Notes: generated by a model from the sequence alone, not told the origin. Shown: positions 29,116 to 39,827, counted from the stretch's first letter. The stretch is 64,000 nt of DNA from Ostreococcus lucimarinus (GCA_000092065.1 CP000588.1); one strand, 5' to 3'. Translations and numbers: made by a program.

Positions 29116-30261
29116 CTAGTCTAAGCTGACTTCTAGAAGGCCTGCCTGACGTTCGCTGAATCGCCAGTGGTGTTCCTGTAAGAAGGTTTCAACTGCAACG
29201 GGAAGCCGAGAAGGCGTTCTCGACCCGACGGTGTGATGCCCAGTCCCCACTAAAATTTGCGCATGCGAACATCCACTACCGCGGAGCCTAGACAATTCGC
29301 GGCGTAGAAGGGACAATGCTTCTGCAACGTGTAGACCGTGCAAATCGATCACGCCGTCGCTACCGCCACCTCTGCTATGATAAATGTTGTGTGCGGCCTG
29401 CGCATGGGCCTGAGACATCTTTGCCGCAGCCTCGCGGCCTTGACGAGATAACTCTTTAGCCAAAGCTTTGTTACCGCTCAAGTACGCATTCGTAGCTTGC
29501 TCGTAGCATACATTTCGCACTCTGGCGTAGTCGCGCGCCTCGTCTCGATTTGCGGCGTAAAGCTGCGACACCGCGGCTCCCGTTTCTACCCACTCAATCT
29601 TCGTCTTTGTACCATCCCGTACGCCTCGCTCAATCTTACCACTCGCCGAAACCGATGCCGTCTCCGTTTTTGTCGCTCGTGTGTTCCAATTCACCGACGC
29701 AGACGCTTTATTGACGTTCGACATTCCACCCGAAAGGAATATTTTCTTTGGCAGTGGTTCTGGCGCTCGAGGCGCGGACGTGGACGTCCCGCCGCCACCG
29801 CCTCCAAGCGATGGAAACGCCTCTGCGTCGTCCACGTCCGGAGCGGGTATATCGGGTATCTCATCGTCCATCAACAGCTCCATGGCGAGCTCGACATCGC
29901 CCCCAGTATTCATCAACGCCTCCTCCAAACACGCCCAGTCCATGTTTGGGAACATGTCTCCCAAAAAGGTGAGAGAGTCATCGAAATCGCTCGGCGACGG
30001 CTCTTCGCCTGCGAGAGCGGCGTAAGGCTCGATCGGCCTTTCTCCACCGCTCGAAGCGAAAGCACTCTCGTCCGCGGCATCGACGGCGTTCTCGTCGTCC
30101 TCCTCGTCCTCGCTCACCAGGCCGAGCGCACCGAACTCGTCGACGACTTTTTCCAAACGAACTGGAGGCGTCGCTGGACGTCCGCGCGGCTTGAACACGA
30201 ACGCCGACGCCGACGGATTCAGCGCCGACGCGCTCGTTTCTGGGCCGTCGTTCCCGGACAT
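29116..30261 (-). CDS. CUE-like/DUF1771/Smr-domain protein (Cue2/N4BP2-family endonuclease)
   Basis: The C-terminus VIDLHGLHVAEAL...ILVGTGHHT is an Smr domain, preceded by a DUF1771-like helix. A CUE-like LEEALMNTGGDVELAMELLM lies mid-protein. ATG at 30261. Confidence 0.7.
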   Translation of the reverse strand: MSGNDGPETSASALNPSASAFVFKPRGRPATPPVRLEKVVDEFGALGLVSEDEEDDENAVDAADESAFASSGGERPIEPYAALAGEEPSPSDFDDSLTFLGDMFPNMDWACLEEALMNTGGDVELAMELLMDDEIPDIPAPDVDDAEAFPSLGGGGGGTSTSAPRAPEPLPKKIFLSGGMSNVNKASASVNWNTRATKTETASVSASGKIERGVRDGTKTKIEWVETGAAVSQLYAANRDEARDYARVRNVCYEQATNAYLSGNKALAKELSRQGREAAAKMSQAHAQAAHNIYHSRGGGSDGVIDLHGLHVAEALSLLRRELSRLRGSGCSHAQILVGTGHHTVGSRTPSRLPVAVETFLQEHHWRFSERQAGLLEVSLD

Positions 30262-30382
30262 CGCGCGAAGCAGTGGCGGCTAATGGCTGATTGAGTTTGG
30301 TTTCGTTCGAGTTTGACTCGGTGTCGAGCCAAAGGTTGATATGAATGACAATCACAAACTAATACGCGCTACACATAAAATC

Positions 30383-31333
30383 TCACAGTTCAGTCGCTTG
30401 ATGCACGGTGAACGAACCGACGGCGAGCAAGATGGTGCCTATGAAGAGAGTCAGCCACTCGCGCGAGAAATATTTCAACACGCGCACGCCGAGAGCGACT
30501 CCGACCAATCCGCACGGCAAAATCAAAAGCACGAGCCCGGGGTCGGGCTTTTTTCCACGAGCAGTGGTGCTGACGATCGCTGCGATACCTAAGAATACGC
30601 TCTGAATCGCACTCATCGATAACATCACCTTGCGGTTCACCTTGCCTTTCCACAGTACTACAATCGGCAGGAAGCTTATCGGGCCGCCGGTTCCGGTGAG
30701 CACGCTGAGCATCCCCACGACGACACCGATGCTGAACAACAACCACATCTCGCGAGTCGTAGGTTCTAACCAGTACTCATCGCTTTTGCTCTCGCTCTCG
30801 TTCGCGTCGACCGCGTCCGCGCCGTCCATCTCGAGCGCCGCGTCTCCGTCGTCTCCGTCGTCTCCGCCGTCTTCCACCGTCACCACCGTCTCCCCCTCTC
30901 CCGCGCGTGACCGCGCCGCGCGCGAGCGCAATCGCCGCGCGCTGTCTGCGACGTCTTTCCCTCCCGCCACCAGCGCGACGAGACCTATGACGTACGTCAG
31001 CGCCTCTCTCGGGACGACGTCCAGGAGCGCGCCCCCGGCGACGCTCGCGCCGCACGCCCCTCCCGCCGCGGCGACGCCTCCCAGCCGCGTCGGAAACCGA
31101 TCGCGCGGCACTATTTTTCTCAGCATCCACACCCTGAGCGCCATCGTCGGCGTGAACGCGACGAACAGGGACACGATCCCGACCTCGGGCGTGCACGCCC
31201 TCGCGAGCAGGAGCGCGGGCAAGATGACGACGCCTCCCAGACCGACCGCGCCGACGAGCAGCGCGCCCGCGACGCACGCCGCGACGACGACGGCGACTTG
31301 TCCGAGCGTCAGCGCGCGCACGACGGTGTTCAT
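30383..31333 (-). CDS. TauE/SafE (DUF81) family anion exporter membrane protein
   Basis: Two halves of 4-TM repeats with G-rich helices (LGGVVILPALLL...GTGGPISFLPIVVL). The first ATG is at 31333. The ORF-track start is GTG. Confidence 0.65.
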   Translation of the reverse strand: MNTVVRALTLGQVAVVVAACVAGALLVGAVGLGGVVILPALLLARACTPEVGIVSLFVAFTPTMALRVWMLRKIVPRDRFPTRLGGVAAAGGACGASVAGGALLDVVPREALTYVIGLVALVAGGKDVADSARRLRSRAARSRAGEGETVVTVEDGGDDGDDGDAALEMDGADAVDANESESKSDEYWLEPTTREMWLLFSIGVVVGMLSVLTGTGGPISFLPIVVLWKGKVNRKVMLSMSAIQSVFLGIAAIVSTTARGKKPDPGLVLLILPCGLVGVALGVRVLKYFSREWLTLFIGTILLAVGSFTVHQATEL

Positions 31334-31521
31334 CGCGTCGCCGGGCGCGCCGCGGGGACGTCGAGCGACGCGACCGTCGAGCGACGGCGCGTCCGTCACC
31401 GCGCGCGGGCGTCGCGTAACGAACGCGCGGGCGCGCCGAACCCCGGGCCGGGCCGGGCGGTCGGCGCGCGCGTCGGCGCGTCGTCTTTTTCGCGCGCGGG
31501 CGTCTCCGTGATCTCGTCTCG

Positions 31522-33183
31522 ATGGCTTCGCGGGACGCGCTATACGAGGGCCGATCGATCGCGCGCGGCGATCGATCGATCGATCGATCGCGCGGTCGGT
31601 CGCCGCGCGCGGTTGACCGACCGACGCGCGCGGTGGGCCGCGAGAGCGCGACGCGACGTCGCGCGATGACGGCGGACGACCGAGGGTGGTGCGCGTACCC
31701 GAGCGAAGCGAAACGCGATCCCGCGAGCACGCTCGATCTGCCGCGCGGCGAGGACGACGGGAACGCCGCGTCGAGGGCGTCGAGAGTCGCGATGACGCGA
31801 GTCAAGGTGCCGAGCGCGTGCTGCGAGTTCGACGAGGACGCGACGGATGGGGGCGAAGCGGACGAGGATGGGTTGATCGAGGTGGACGTGACGATCGACG
31901 TCGATCGGGGGATGATCGAAGGCGTGCGCGAGTCGACGAGCACGAGGACGAGGACGGTGGGGGAGGAGGAGACGGCGGATTACGCGGAGAGCGACGAGGA
32001 CGAGGACGGCCGTCGCGGGCTTCGAGTGGCGATGGGCGGGAGGATGTGCTTACCGACGTTCGTGGACATACACACACATATAGATAAGGCACACACGTGT
32101 GAGAGGAGCCGAAATTTAAACGGCACCCTCGCTGGCGCGGACGCCGCGTGCGCGAACGATTTCCAACACTGGACGCTCGAAGACGCCAAGCGGCGCATGG
32201 GCTTTGCGATTCAGTGCGCGTACGCGTACGGGACCTCCGCCATGCGCACGCACTTGATGTCGGGTGAGGAGAGACAGAGCAAAATCGCCTGGGAAGCGTT
32301 CGGGAAGTTACGCGAGGAATGGAGAGGGAAAGTTGAGTTGCAAGGCGTGTCACTCTCGGTGTTGAGCTTTTTCCGCGACGAGACCAAGGCGCGCGCGCTG
32401 GCTCGCATGGTGAAATCTTATGGAGGTATACTTGGCGCCGCCGTGTCGTGTAGCGATGCAGGTGGTACACCACTGGATGTCCACACGACGTGCGGTGCCG
32501 ATATGCCCAAGTTATTGGACGTCATTTTCTCTCTGGCGAAGGAATACAATTTGGATGTCGACTTTCATTGCGACGAGAACGGCAATGAATCCTCCAAAGG
32601 CTTGCTCCACATTTCTGAGGCCGTCATTCGAAACAATTTCAAAGGATCTGTGGTGTGCGGTCACTGCTGCAGTCTCGCAGTTCAGCCAAACGAACAGGCA
32701 AAGCGCATCATCGACGCCGCCCGCGAAGCGGGCGTCACCGTTGTTTCGCTTCCAATCGTTAACCAATGGCTTCAAAATCGTGATCCAACGAACGAAGCGA
32801 CGCCAACGCGGCGAGGCGTTACTCGGGTGAAGGAGCTTGCCCGAGCTGGCGTGCCGGTGTGCCTTTCGAGTGATAATACGCGAGATCAATTTTTTCAATA
32901 CGGTGACTGTGATATGCTCGAGGTATTTCGATCGAGCGTTTGCATCGCGCATCTCGATCGACCTTTTGGATCGTGGCCGTTGGCTTTAGCTGCGAACCCA
33001 TCGCGCGCGATGCGACTTGGCGAAAAGTCGGGAATGATTGCTCCAGGAGCGAAGGCAAACTTTGTCTTGTTTCGCGCTAGGAATTACAGCGAGCTGTTTT
33101 CTAGATCGCAACATGATCGAGTCGTCATTCGTGATGGTGTCCGCATCGCTACTGCTTTACCAGATTATGAAGAGCTAGACTAA
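31522..33183 (+). CDS. Bacterial-type cytosine deaminase-like amidohydrolase (CodA family) with a long low-complexity N-terminal extension
   Basis: CLPTFVDIHTHIDKAHT is the CodA metal-binding HxH motif, followed by downstream amidohydrolase motifs (FHCDE, HCCSL). The first roughly 170 aa are R/D/E-rich and unrelated. The true ATG is uncertain. TGTAA at 33237. Confidence 0.7.
   Translation: MASRDALYEGRSIARGDRSIDRSRGRSPRAVDRPTRAVGRESATRRRAMTADDRGWCAYPSEAKRDPASTLDLPRGEDDGNAASRASRVAMTRVKVPSACCEFDEDATDGGEADEDGLIEVDVTIDVDRGMIEGVRESTSTRTRTVGEEETADYAESDEDEDGRRGLRVAMGGRMCLPTFVDIHTHIDKAHTCERSRNLNGTLAGADAACANDFQHWTLEDAKRRMGFAIQCAYAYGTSAMRTHLMSGEERQSKIAWEAFGKLREEWRGKVELQGVSLSVLSFFRDETKARALARMVKSYGGILGAAVSCSDAGGTPLDVHTTCGADMPKLLDVIFSLAKEYNLDVDFHCDENGNESSKGLLHISEAVIRNNFKGSVVCGHCCSLAVQPNEQAKRIIDAAREAGVTVVSLPIVNQWLQNRDPTNEATPTRRGVTRVKELARAGVPVCLSSDNTRDQFFQYGDCDMLEVFRSSVCIAHLDRPFGSWPLALAANPSRAMRLGEKSGMIAPGAKANFVLFRARNYSELFSRSQHDRVVIRDGVRIATALPDYEELD
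31545..31583. repeat. (CGAT)5-6 palindromic microsatellite in the TauE/amidohydrolase divergent spacer
   Basis: Direct reading of gcgatcgatcgatcgatcgatcgcg. Confidence 0.9.
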
Positions 33184-33267
33184 CTTGGCTAACATATTAC
33201 AATGATGAATCGTTCTTACTTTTGGCTATGTTGAATTGTAATCACTTGCTTTTTGTACCACACGTCG

Positions 33268-35559
33268 CTACACCAGCGCACTTAAAAGCTGAACCCTCGA
33301 TTTGCAACTCTTCGACAATGACTTGACTTGGACTAATGCCCAGCTTTTCAAAATTTTTGATGAACTGAGGATTTTTAAGCCGACTAACGCGCTTGACATG
33401 AGGAGCACCTCGCAAGAGTGACTCTCCGGAAATCTTGACGCGCAACTCAACGCATCAAGGATATTGCACACGCACATAAAAGCGCTTCGTACAATCACCT
33501 CGGAGTCCGTATCAGAGATGAACGTTTCTTTCGCATCGGATGTGAGCGTCGAGGTGAGTTGAGTAAAGTGACGGCAAATTGTAAACGCCCGTTGTGGAGA
33601 CTCACGAATGGCAAACACTGTAGCGTGTGATAAAACATCCAGTACCACAGCCGAGACTGGTATGCCAGCTGCGGTTATGCGTCGCATTTCGAGCAGTTTT
33701 GGCAAACCAATGCGTGATATGCGGTCAAACTCTGGTCCAGATGTGTTCGGCAAGACCGCTACGCATGCAACTAAGAGACTTTGACGAAATTTACTCAAAT
33801 CGCTTTCACAGTCTTGAAAGTCTTGAAACGTCCGCAGCAACTCGAGCAGCATCCTATCGTTTGCATTCGCATTCGAGCGATAAAGCTTCAAAATATCTAC
33901 AGTGATCGACGTCATGTCCTTTGAATCGAGCGAAGGGGGGCGCGGCGACGAGATTCTCTCCATGCGACCAAGACGCATGACGGGCTCTATCGCCAAGCGC
34001 GAGTCCCATTCTATAACGCTAGCGGCTACTTCGTCCGCAAGTCTGAGAGCAATTGCCATTTCTTTGCTAGGCGAAATTTTTGCAATAGATTCCAACAGCC
34101 CTTTGCTGATTTCACGAGCCAGCGATGTGGCTAAAATCTGAGTTGATGTCATTCGTTGCTTCCGTGACCATTCAATGACACGTGCCAATGCAAGGAGTAC
34201 ACCCTCGGGGAACGTGCGCTCAATGACCCTCACATCTACCTGTCCTTCGTTCATGGTTATTAGTTTCAAAATTCTCAGAGCAAAGTGGGCTCCATGAAAC
34301 GGACCAGTAGCAGGGGAACTAAGTTGTACCGCAGTCAACATTGGAAGCACGATGAAGAGTAAACCGTCTTGCAACTCTAAGAGATGCATTTTGCCAGAAT
34401 TGCTCCCAAAGAAGGCTTCACAGATATATTCGATGGAATCCATGGCTTTAATATTCGCAAAGTCATTCGGAAAATCCCGGAGCAAGTCGACGAATGCAAC
34501 AAGCAAGCACGCCGGCGAGTTGCCGCAACGCTTCACCTTGACAAAACTTGGTACCAAGCGGAAAGTTTCGATAATGATTGCACCCTGGGACGAGTGTGCA
34601 ACTGCTGTATGAATCAAACGACGATAAACGAGGTCTGGTGCGATGAGTATGGGCCACAGCAAATCATTCGCTAGATTCAACTTCATGCGATTGGTGACGC
34701 TTGTGCTTGCACTCGCTGTGATGCGGTTCAATGCGACAATGACATCGCGCTCTATGACTTTTGAATCAAAATCTTGTTGCGTGATGAGCATATTTCTGAA
34801 GAGATGAAACTCGTCGGAGCATAGCACTGTGGATATGATTTCTAAGACGTCATCTTTTGGAAAGCGAGATACCAATTTTTCTTTGGCTGTCTTTGGTTCT
34901 GTGCACGCCAACAGGTCTCGGAGAAACTTTTCCACCTGAGATGGTTCTGCAACCAGTGGCGATGAACATATCACGTCTACGCTGACGGTTGGTTCATCAT
35001 CCGTCGTTCGTGATTGAGTTTTCCTCGCGGTTGGAGTGTATCCGGACGTAGAGAAAATTACCGTCAGTTGCTCAATTACCTCTGTTCTGGTTTCACTCGT
35101 AAACAAAGCCTTCGTCATCGTCTCTTTCGCTCGATCAGAAGCATGTAGCATCGCATTGTAGAACAAATCCTTCATTTCTAGCACTGTGATCAACTCTGCG
35201 AACATCGGCGTGGGTAGCGACCACTTGGCTCTTCGGCAGAACGGGTCAATTGTTTCTTGAATTGGCTCCCCATCACCGCCTATGAGCTTGGCGCACCACA
35301 CACTGAACAACACCGCAAACACATGCTCTCGAGAGTCTTTTTCCCCTTTACTCGGGCGTCTGAGCACTCGACGTAAGCCTGGAACGACCACGGTGTCCAG
35401 CGCAGAGACGGCGTCCCCGAGTCCCTCACGTTGCTCGATGGCGTCAAACAGTGGGCCCATCGCCGCCTCGATCGCCACTCCTTCGTCATCATAGGATAAC
35501 GAACGCAACGATTGTAGCGCTACTATAGTTGTGGACGCGTGCACTCCCGAGATCATCAT
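33268..35559 (-). CDS. Hypothetical large alpha-helical protein. Its GC content (about 45-50%) is lower than the surroundings.
   Basis: Uninterrupted 785-codon frame. The first ATG is at 35559 and the listed start is GTG. No domain recognised. Confidence 0.4.
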   Translation of the reverse strand: MMISGVHASTTIVALQSLRSLSYDDEGVAIEAAMGPLFDAIEQREGLGDAVSALDTVVVPGLRRVLRRPSKGEKDSREHVFAVLFSVWCAKLIGGDGEPIQETIDPFCRRAKWSLPTPMFAELITVLEMKDLFYNAMLHASDRAKETMTKALFTSETRTEVIEQLTVIFSTSGYTPTARKTQSRTTDDEPTVSVDVICSSPLVAEPSQVEKFLRDLLACTEPKTAKEKLVSRFPKDDVLEIISTVLCSDEFHLFRNMLITQQDFDSKVIERDVIVALNRITASASTSVTNRMKLNLANDLLWPILIAPDLVYRRLIHTAVAHSSQGAIIIETFRLVPSFVKVKRCGNSPACLLVAFVDLLRDFPNDFANIKAMDSIEYICEAFFGSNSGKMHLLELQDGLLFIVLPMLTAVQLSSPATGPFHGAHFALRILKLITMNEGQVDVRVIERTFPEGVLLALARVIEWSRKQRMTSTQILATSLAREISKGLLESIAKISPSKEMAIALRLADEVAASVIEWDSRLAIEPVMRLGRMERISSPRPPSLDSKDMTSITVDILKLYRSNANANDRMLLELLRTFQDFQDCESDLSKFRQSLLVACVAVLPNTSGPEFDRISRIGLPKLLEMRRITAAGIPVSAVVLDVLSHATVFAIRESPQRAFTICRHFTQLTSTLTSDAKETFISDTDSEVIVRSAFMCVCNILDALSCASRFPESHSCEVLLMSSALVGLKILSSSKILKSWALVQVKSLSKSCKSRVQLLSALV

Positions 35560-35803
35560 CCAGTGCCGCGATTGAGACGCTTCAACAACTTGAGTGGCAA
35601 AATGTAGAACACGAGAATGCAGCACAGCGATAGCAATACGAAATCGACTGGCTTTAAGGCGTAGATGATAATATCATCATCGTACATGTGCCTTCTTCTC
35701 TTGCGCTTGTGCGAGCGCACACTCGATGTGCGCGTGCGAGTTTGTGGCTTCTTGGGGAGGTCGGTTACCGTGTAAAGTGAACGCCCTGACCGTTCTAATT
35801 AAA

Positions 35804-37543
35804 TTACAACGCCGCCTTCTTAGCTGCTTTTGCTTTTTGATTGTGATGCTTGTGTGTAAAATCTTTTGCAGTCAGTCCTCTCGTTTGTCGTCCGCCAGAC
35901 CCTCTTCCTCCGCGACCGGCACCCCCGTTTGCCCTGGGTTGTTCTTTGGCCGAAGCACTTGTCGACAATCCCCTTGGCGTGAAAGGTACCGCGCTTGTGC
36001 TCGGGGTGAATGCTGAATCGAACCGTGACTTATTTCCACCCGCACCGAGTCCTTCTATCTCGTTTCTTTTCGTTTTTTCTTGGGCCAGGGCGATCGTTGA
36101 CGCTTCCTCTGCGCTATGCGCGAAGATTTTCTCGGCGCCGGCTTTGTGGGAGTGATAGACTTTGCCGTCGGCCACATAGAAGACACGCTTCGATGCGTTT
36201 GCACGTTCTTTGCGACCGTCTCCATCTTCTAATTCGTCCGTACCGAGCGTGACGTTCGCTACTTGCACTGGGAGATCGTCGAATGAATCATCGTATTCAT
36301 CCTCGTATTCCAAATTGCGCGCTGCCTTCAGCACTCGCTTCTTATCTTCCACTGAAAGTTCGAGGTCAGCTTCCTTGTTCAATCTCTTGCCAACGGGTAT
36401 ACTGGGCTGAGGACGACTCCGCCAGGTCAACTTTGACGCGGGTGGCGGCCATCCCAGCTGTCTATCAAGCGACCGCAAATCAGGCGGAAGCGACTCCTCA
36501 AACAAATGCTGCACAATTGACTCAGCGTTGGGACCAAAATGGTCTACGCATGCCTTAAGAAACCCAATGCCGACATCGGGTAGGATGATTCTAACAGATT
36601 CAATCGTGTTCACGACCACTGGAGCCAGTCCTACGTACTTATCGCGCTCTGCATCCACGGGTTCTCCATCTCCTCCTCCTCCTCCTCCTCCTCCTCCTCC
36701 TCCATCTGCACTTCTCAGAAAGGAAATTGCCGCGCCTAAAGAACCTCTCACCGTATCTAAACTATCACTATCGCAAGTTGCCATGGACTGGAAGCTAGAA
36801 AGTACCATACTTCGGATCTTTTCGAGCGCACCTGTCAGATTCCCATCACGACGCAACCATTCTGCGGCTTCTGGATACACGGTGACGAGTGAAACAAGTG
36901 AAATAGCAACGTCGTGAAAGTATGACAGCGATTCACTCAACCCGTCTGGTGGGAGCTCGTTAGCTTCAGCCGCAGGAGTCACTCGCGCTGCCATATCTTT
37001 CAAGTTCTTTTCGATCATCAATCCAGTGCGCCCAAAATCGTCTTCGAGAGTCGGCAACAGTTTCACAGCATTTTCTAGCACTTCGTGCACTAGATCCCTG
37101 TTATCGCTTCCATAAATCACCGTCAAGTCAATCAATTTCGGTACGTCGATCAGGTTATGCTTTAAAACCGCCTGCCTCCGCTCTTCGAGAGTTAAGCAGC
37201 TTCGCTCTCGAGCGCCGTCATTCACCAGTCTGAGCATCGTGAGGAAGACCTTCCTTCCCAACTCGTCCTCCGTAACTGAAGTCGACGGTTCGGCCCCCCG
37301 ACCTCGAGTTTCGAATGGCCGCGTTTTAAACTGCAAGTACGTGTCCAGACTCCTCCCGAGCCCTCGTCCGTTTCTCTGCACGTGCGCCCAAAACGCTTCA
37401 CTCGTCTTTCGCAGCGCACTATCGAGGGCGTCCACTAGCGCTTGACACGCCTCCGTAGCGCGCTCGTCCAAAGGATCGTCGTCGCCGGGCAGATAGGAGA
37501 TGTACGTCACCGTCGCTGGCGCGACGCGTGACGCGCGTGACAT
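35804..37543 (-). CDS. CUE-domain protein, possibly ASCC2-like, with a poly-Gly tract
   Basis: IESVRIILPDVGIGFLKACVDHFGPNAESIVQHLFEESLP is a CUE domain. The ORF track 5' extension to 37957 is antisense to HGH1. The first plausible ATG is at 37543. Confidence 0.45.
   Translation of the reverse strand: MSRASRVAPATVTYISYLPGDDDPLDERATEACQALVDALDSALRKTSEAFWAHVQRNGRGLGRSLDTYLQFKTRPFETRGRGAEPSTSVTEDELGRKVFLTMLRLVNDGARERSCLTLEERRQAVLKHNLIDVPKLIDLTVIYGSDNRDLVHEVLENAVKLLPTLEDDFGRTGLMIEKNLKDMAARVTPAAEANELPPDGLSESLSYFHDVAISLVSLVTVYPEAAEWLRRDGNLTGALEKIRSMVLSSFQSMATCDSDSLDTVRGSLGAAISFLRSADGGGGGGGGGGGDGEPVDAERDKYVGLAPVVVNTIESVRIILPDVGIGFLKACVDHFGPNAESIVQHLFEESLPPDLRSLDRQLGWPPPASKLTWRSRPQPSIPVGKRLNKEADLELSVEDKKRVLKAARNLEYEDEYDDSFDDLPVQVANVTLGTDELEDGDGRKERANASKRVFYVADGKVYHSHKAGAEKIFAHSAEEASTIALAQEKTKRNEIEGLGAGGNKSRFDSAFTPSTSAVPFTPRGLSTSASAKEQPRANGGAGRGGRGSGGRQTRGLTAKDFTHKHHNQKAKAAKKAAL
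36671..36703. repeat. (TCC)11 microsatellite, equal to (GGA)11 on the coding strand. It encodes a Gly run inside the ASCC2-like gene.
   Basis: Direct reading of tcctcctcc... Confidence 0.95.
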
Positions 37544-37682
37544 CCCACGCGTCCGACGGCGCGCCTCGAAGTATCGACGGACGCGAGTGCGCGCTGTAGG
37601 CGCGCACGCGCTCGCGGGCGAAGGCGGCACAGTCAGACGTGCGCGCTGCGTCCCGTCGAGGACGACATCCGCGCTAGAATTC

Positions 37683-38732
37683 ATGGCCGACGAACTCGAC
37701 GAGGTGATCGGGTTTTTGTCCGATAAGAACCCGGCCGTGCGAGAGCAGGCGGCGCACATCATCCAAGGCTTGACTGGAACGGATGACGGCGCAAAGTTAC
37801 TGTGCGCTAAAGCCGACTCACTGGTGCCAAAACTGTTGCACGCGCTCGGCAAAGAAGGCGCAGAATCAAAGTATGCCGCGACAGCGCTGGTAAACTTGAC
37901 GCACGACCCGGAGGTGATCGTCAAGGCTGTGAACAAGGGTGTCGTGGAGCGAGCCATGGACGGGCTTCGCGATGGCGACGGTGCACCGGTAGACCTCTTG
38001 CTGTCTATTTTAGCGAACGTGACGACGGCGGAGAGCGGTGTACACGTGATAAGTCAAGAGGGTAAGCCACTAGAAGGATTTTACGTGTCAAAGTTGATCC
38101 AACTCTTGTCCACCGGAAAGCCGGAGGAAGACTACGACCATGCCGCGTCAGTCTTGACAAACATCTCGCGCGACCCGATCGGTCGACGAGTCTTCTTAGA
38201 TCCGAAGCGAGGATTGTTAGCATCAGTTGTTTCAATTATGAGTGAATCGAACGACCTCAGACGTGAGCGTGTCGCAGCGGCGTTGCGGAATTGCTGCATG
38301 GATGACATTCAGCGTAAAGCGCTTTTGGACTTTGTCAGCCCAGGTGCACAGGAGGCAGCAGGGGATGTCCTACGCGCGCTCCTTCGGCCGATCAGCGGGA
38401 AGCAGGTCGGAGCAGAATTATCTGATCATGTTCGTCAGGCCTGTGCGGAAGCGATCTACGCGTTGGCGAAAGACGAAGAAGGCCGGATGTGGCTTGGCAA
38501 GTTGGACGCTCCTCGGACTCTGCGAGACGGATACGAACTTGAGGAACACGCAGAAACTTGTGCTGCATTGGTTGCCGCCGGAGATTTGTTCCTGAAGCAC
38601 GGCATGGTGCCCGAAGACCTTCAAGAAGGCTTGAATCAGCCGCAAGCCGTCGAAGTGATTGACGATGACGAAGCCGTGGTCATGATGGGACCAGGCGTTG
38701 GTGGTGGTGGATTTATTAGTGGCGTGGATTGA
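37683..38732 (+). CDS. HGH1: HGH1 (FAM203/Brp16) ARM-repeat protein
   Basis: MADELDEVIGFLSDKNPAVREQAAHIIQGLTG matches the HGH1 N-terminus, with ARM-like repeats through the protein. ATG at 37683. Confidence 0.7.
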   Translation: MADELDEVIGFLSDKNPAVREQAAHIIQGLTGTDDGAKLLCAKADSLVPKLLHALGKEGAESKYAATALVNLTHDPEVIVKAVNKGVVERAMDGLRDGDGAPVDLLLSILANVTTAESGVHVISQEGKPLEGFYVSKLIQLLSTGKPEEDYDHAASVLTNISRDPIGRRVFLDPKRGLLASVVSIMSESNDLRRERVAAALRNCCMDDIQRKALLDFVSPGAQEAAGDVLRALLRPISGKQVGAELSDHVRQACAEAIYALAKDEEGRMWLGKLDAPRTLRDGYELEEHAETCAALVAAGDLFLKHGMVPEDLQEGLNQPQAVEVIDDDEAVVMMGPGVGGGGFISGVD

Positions 38733-39827
38733 TTTGTCAATTGAGTAAATCGTTCGCTCGCGTCGTTCGCAATTTTAAAGCGAGAATTCCGCGCAGATAA
38801 TAGTGTATTAAAATCATATCGTATTCGTTGAAGCTCGCGTGGGTTAGTGACAGTATTGTGCGCGCCCCGTTTCGTACGTTGCGATGTAAATAATTAAATC
38901 AACTGCATCAAAGATGACGGCTTGTCAAAGCTCACAATGAAGTGGACGCGTGCGGATCGCGTGCTCATTTAAACGTGGTGTCGCGAATATCGATTGTGTG
39001 ACGTTCGTGTGTTGTTTTGCATGCATCTAGCGCCTATCTAAGAGCGCACTCCTGGAGAGTATTTATTTAATAAATTAATTAATTTTGATCGTGACGTCGT
39101 TGTCGGCGTGTTTGTCTTGATTACTCAATAAAATTGCTCGCTTGGCCGTCCACTACATCGAGCGATCTGGACTGCCTGTTTGCGACACATGGATGTGCAA
39201 AACGGGTTACGGGTGAATTAATTTCAATTATTTTCTCCTTCTCGATAAAACACCGACAACGTCGTTGTCTATGGACGCTCTGGCCGGCCGTGCGCGAGCT
39301 CCATGCCTCTTGGATGCTCGTTGGTGCCGTACGTTTCGGAGTTTTGCGTCCCGGAAGCTTTGATTCGTTGCCACGCGTTACGTTGGCGAACGTTTGTATT
39401 AAATTTATTTATTACAAAGACGCACATTTCACTTTGTACGAAAATAACGAACGCGCTCGAGTAATTACCACGTAAGAACAATGAAAATGACCTTTCGGAC
39501 GTCTCGTGCGCTTACGCTGCGTTTACATCGACTTCGTCGTCTCACGAGGGCGTGTTTTGCCGTCATTCGCGATTATTCGATAATTAATTACTTTTGTAAT
39601 CTGTTGCATCGCGAAGCCAGAAACGATCAGTTCAATATCCCTTAACGAGCATCCCGCGAGATCGCAGTCGTGGTTGTGCGCGCGCTTACGAGTGATGGGT
39701 GATTAATGTCTGTATGCACACTTGAATTGAAAAGAACTACATAGCAACCAAGACACTGAGACAGGTTCGCAGGCACTTCTTCCTCAACGAACAATATTTC
39801 TCAATACATTATAGCCACACCATGAAC

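Noticed and set aside
30777-31943. 388-aa R/G-rich ORF on the minus strand overlapping the TauE gene and the amidohydrolase 5' end
   Set aside because: It is low-complexity and out of frame with the TauE motifs. It is typical spurious GC-rich ORF.
39134-39475. 113-aa ORF inside the AT-rich gap
   Set aside because: It has no ATG context support, low-complexity composition and no motifs. It is probably chance ORF in AT-richer sequence.
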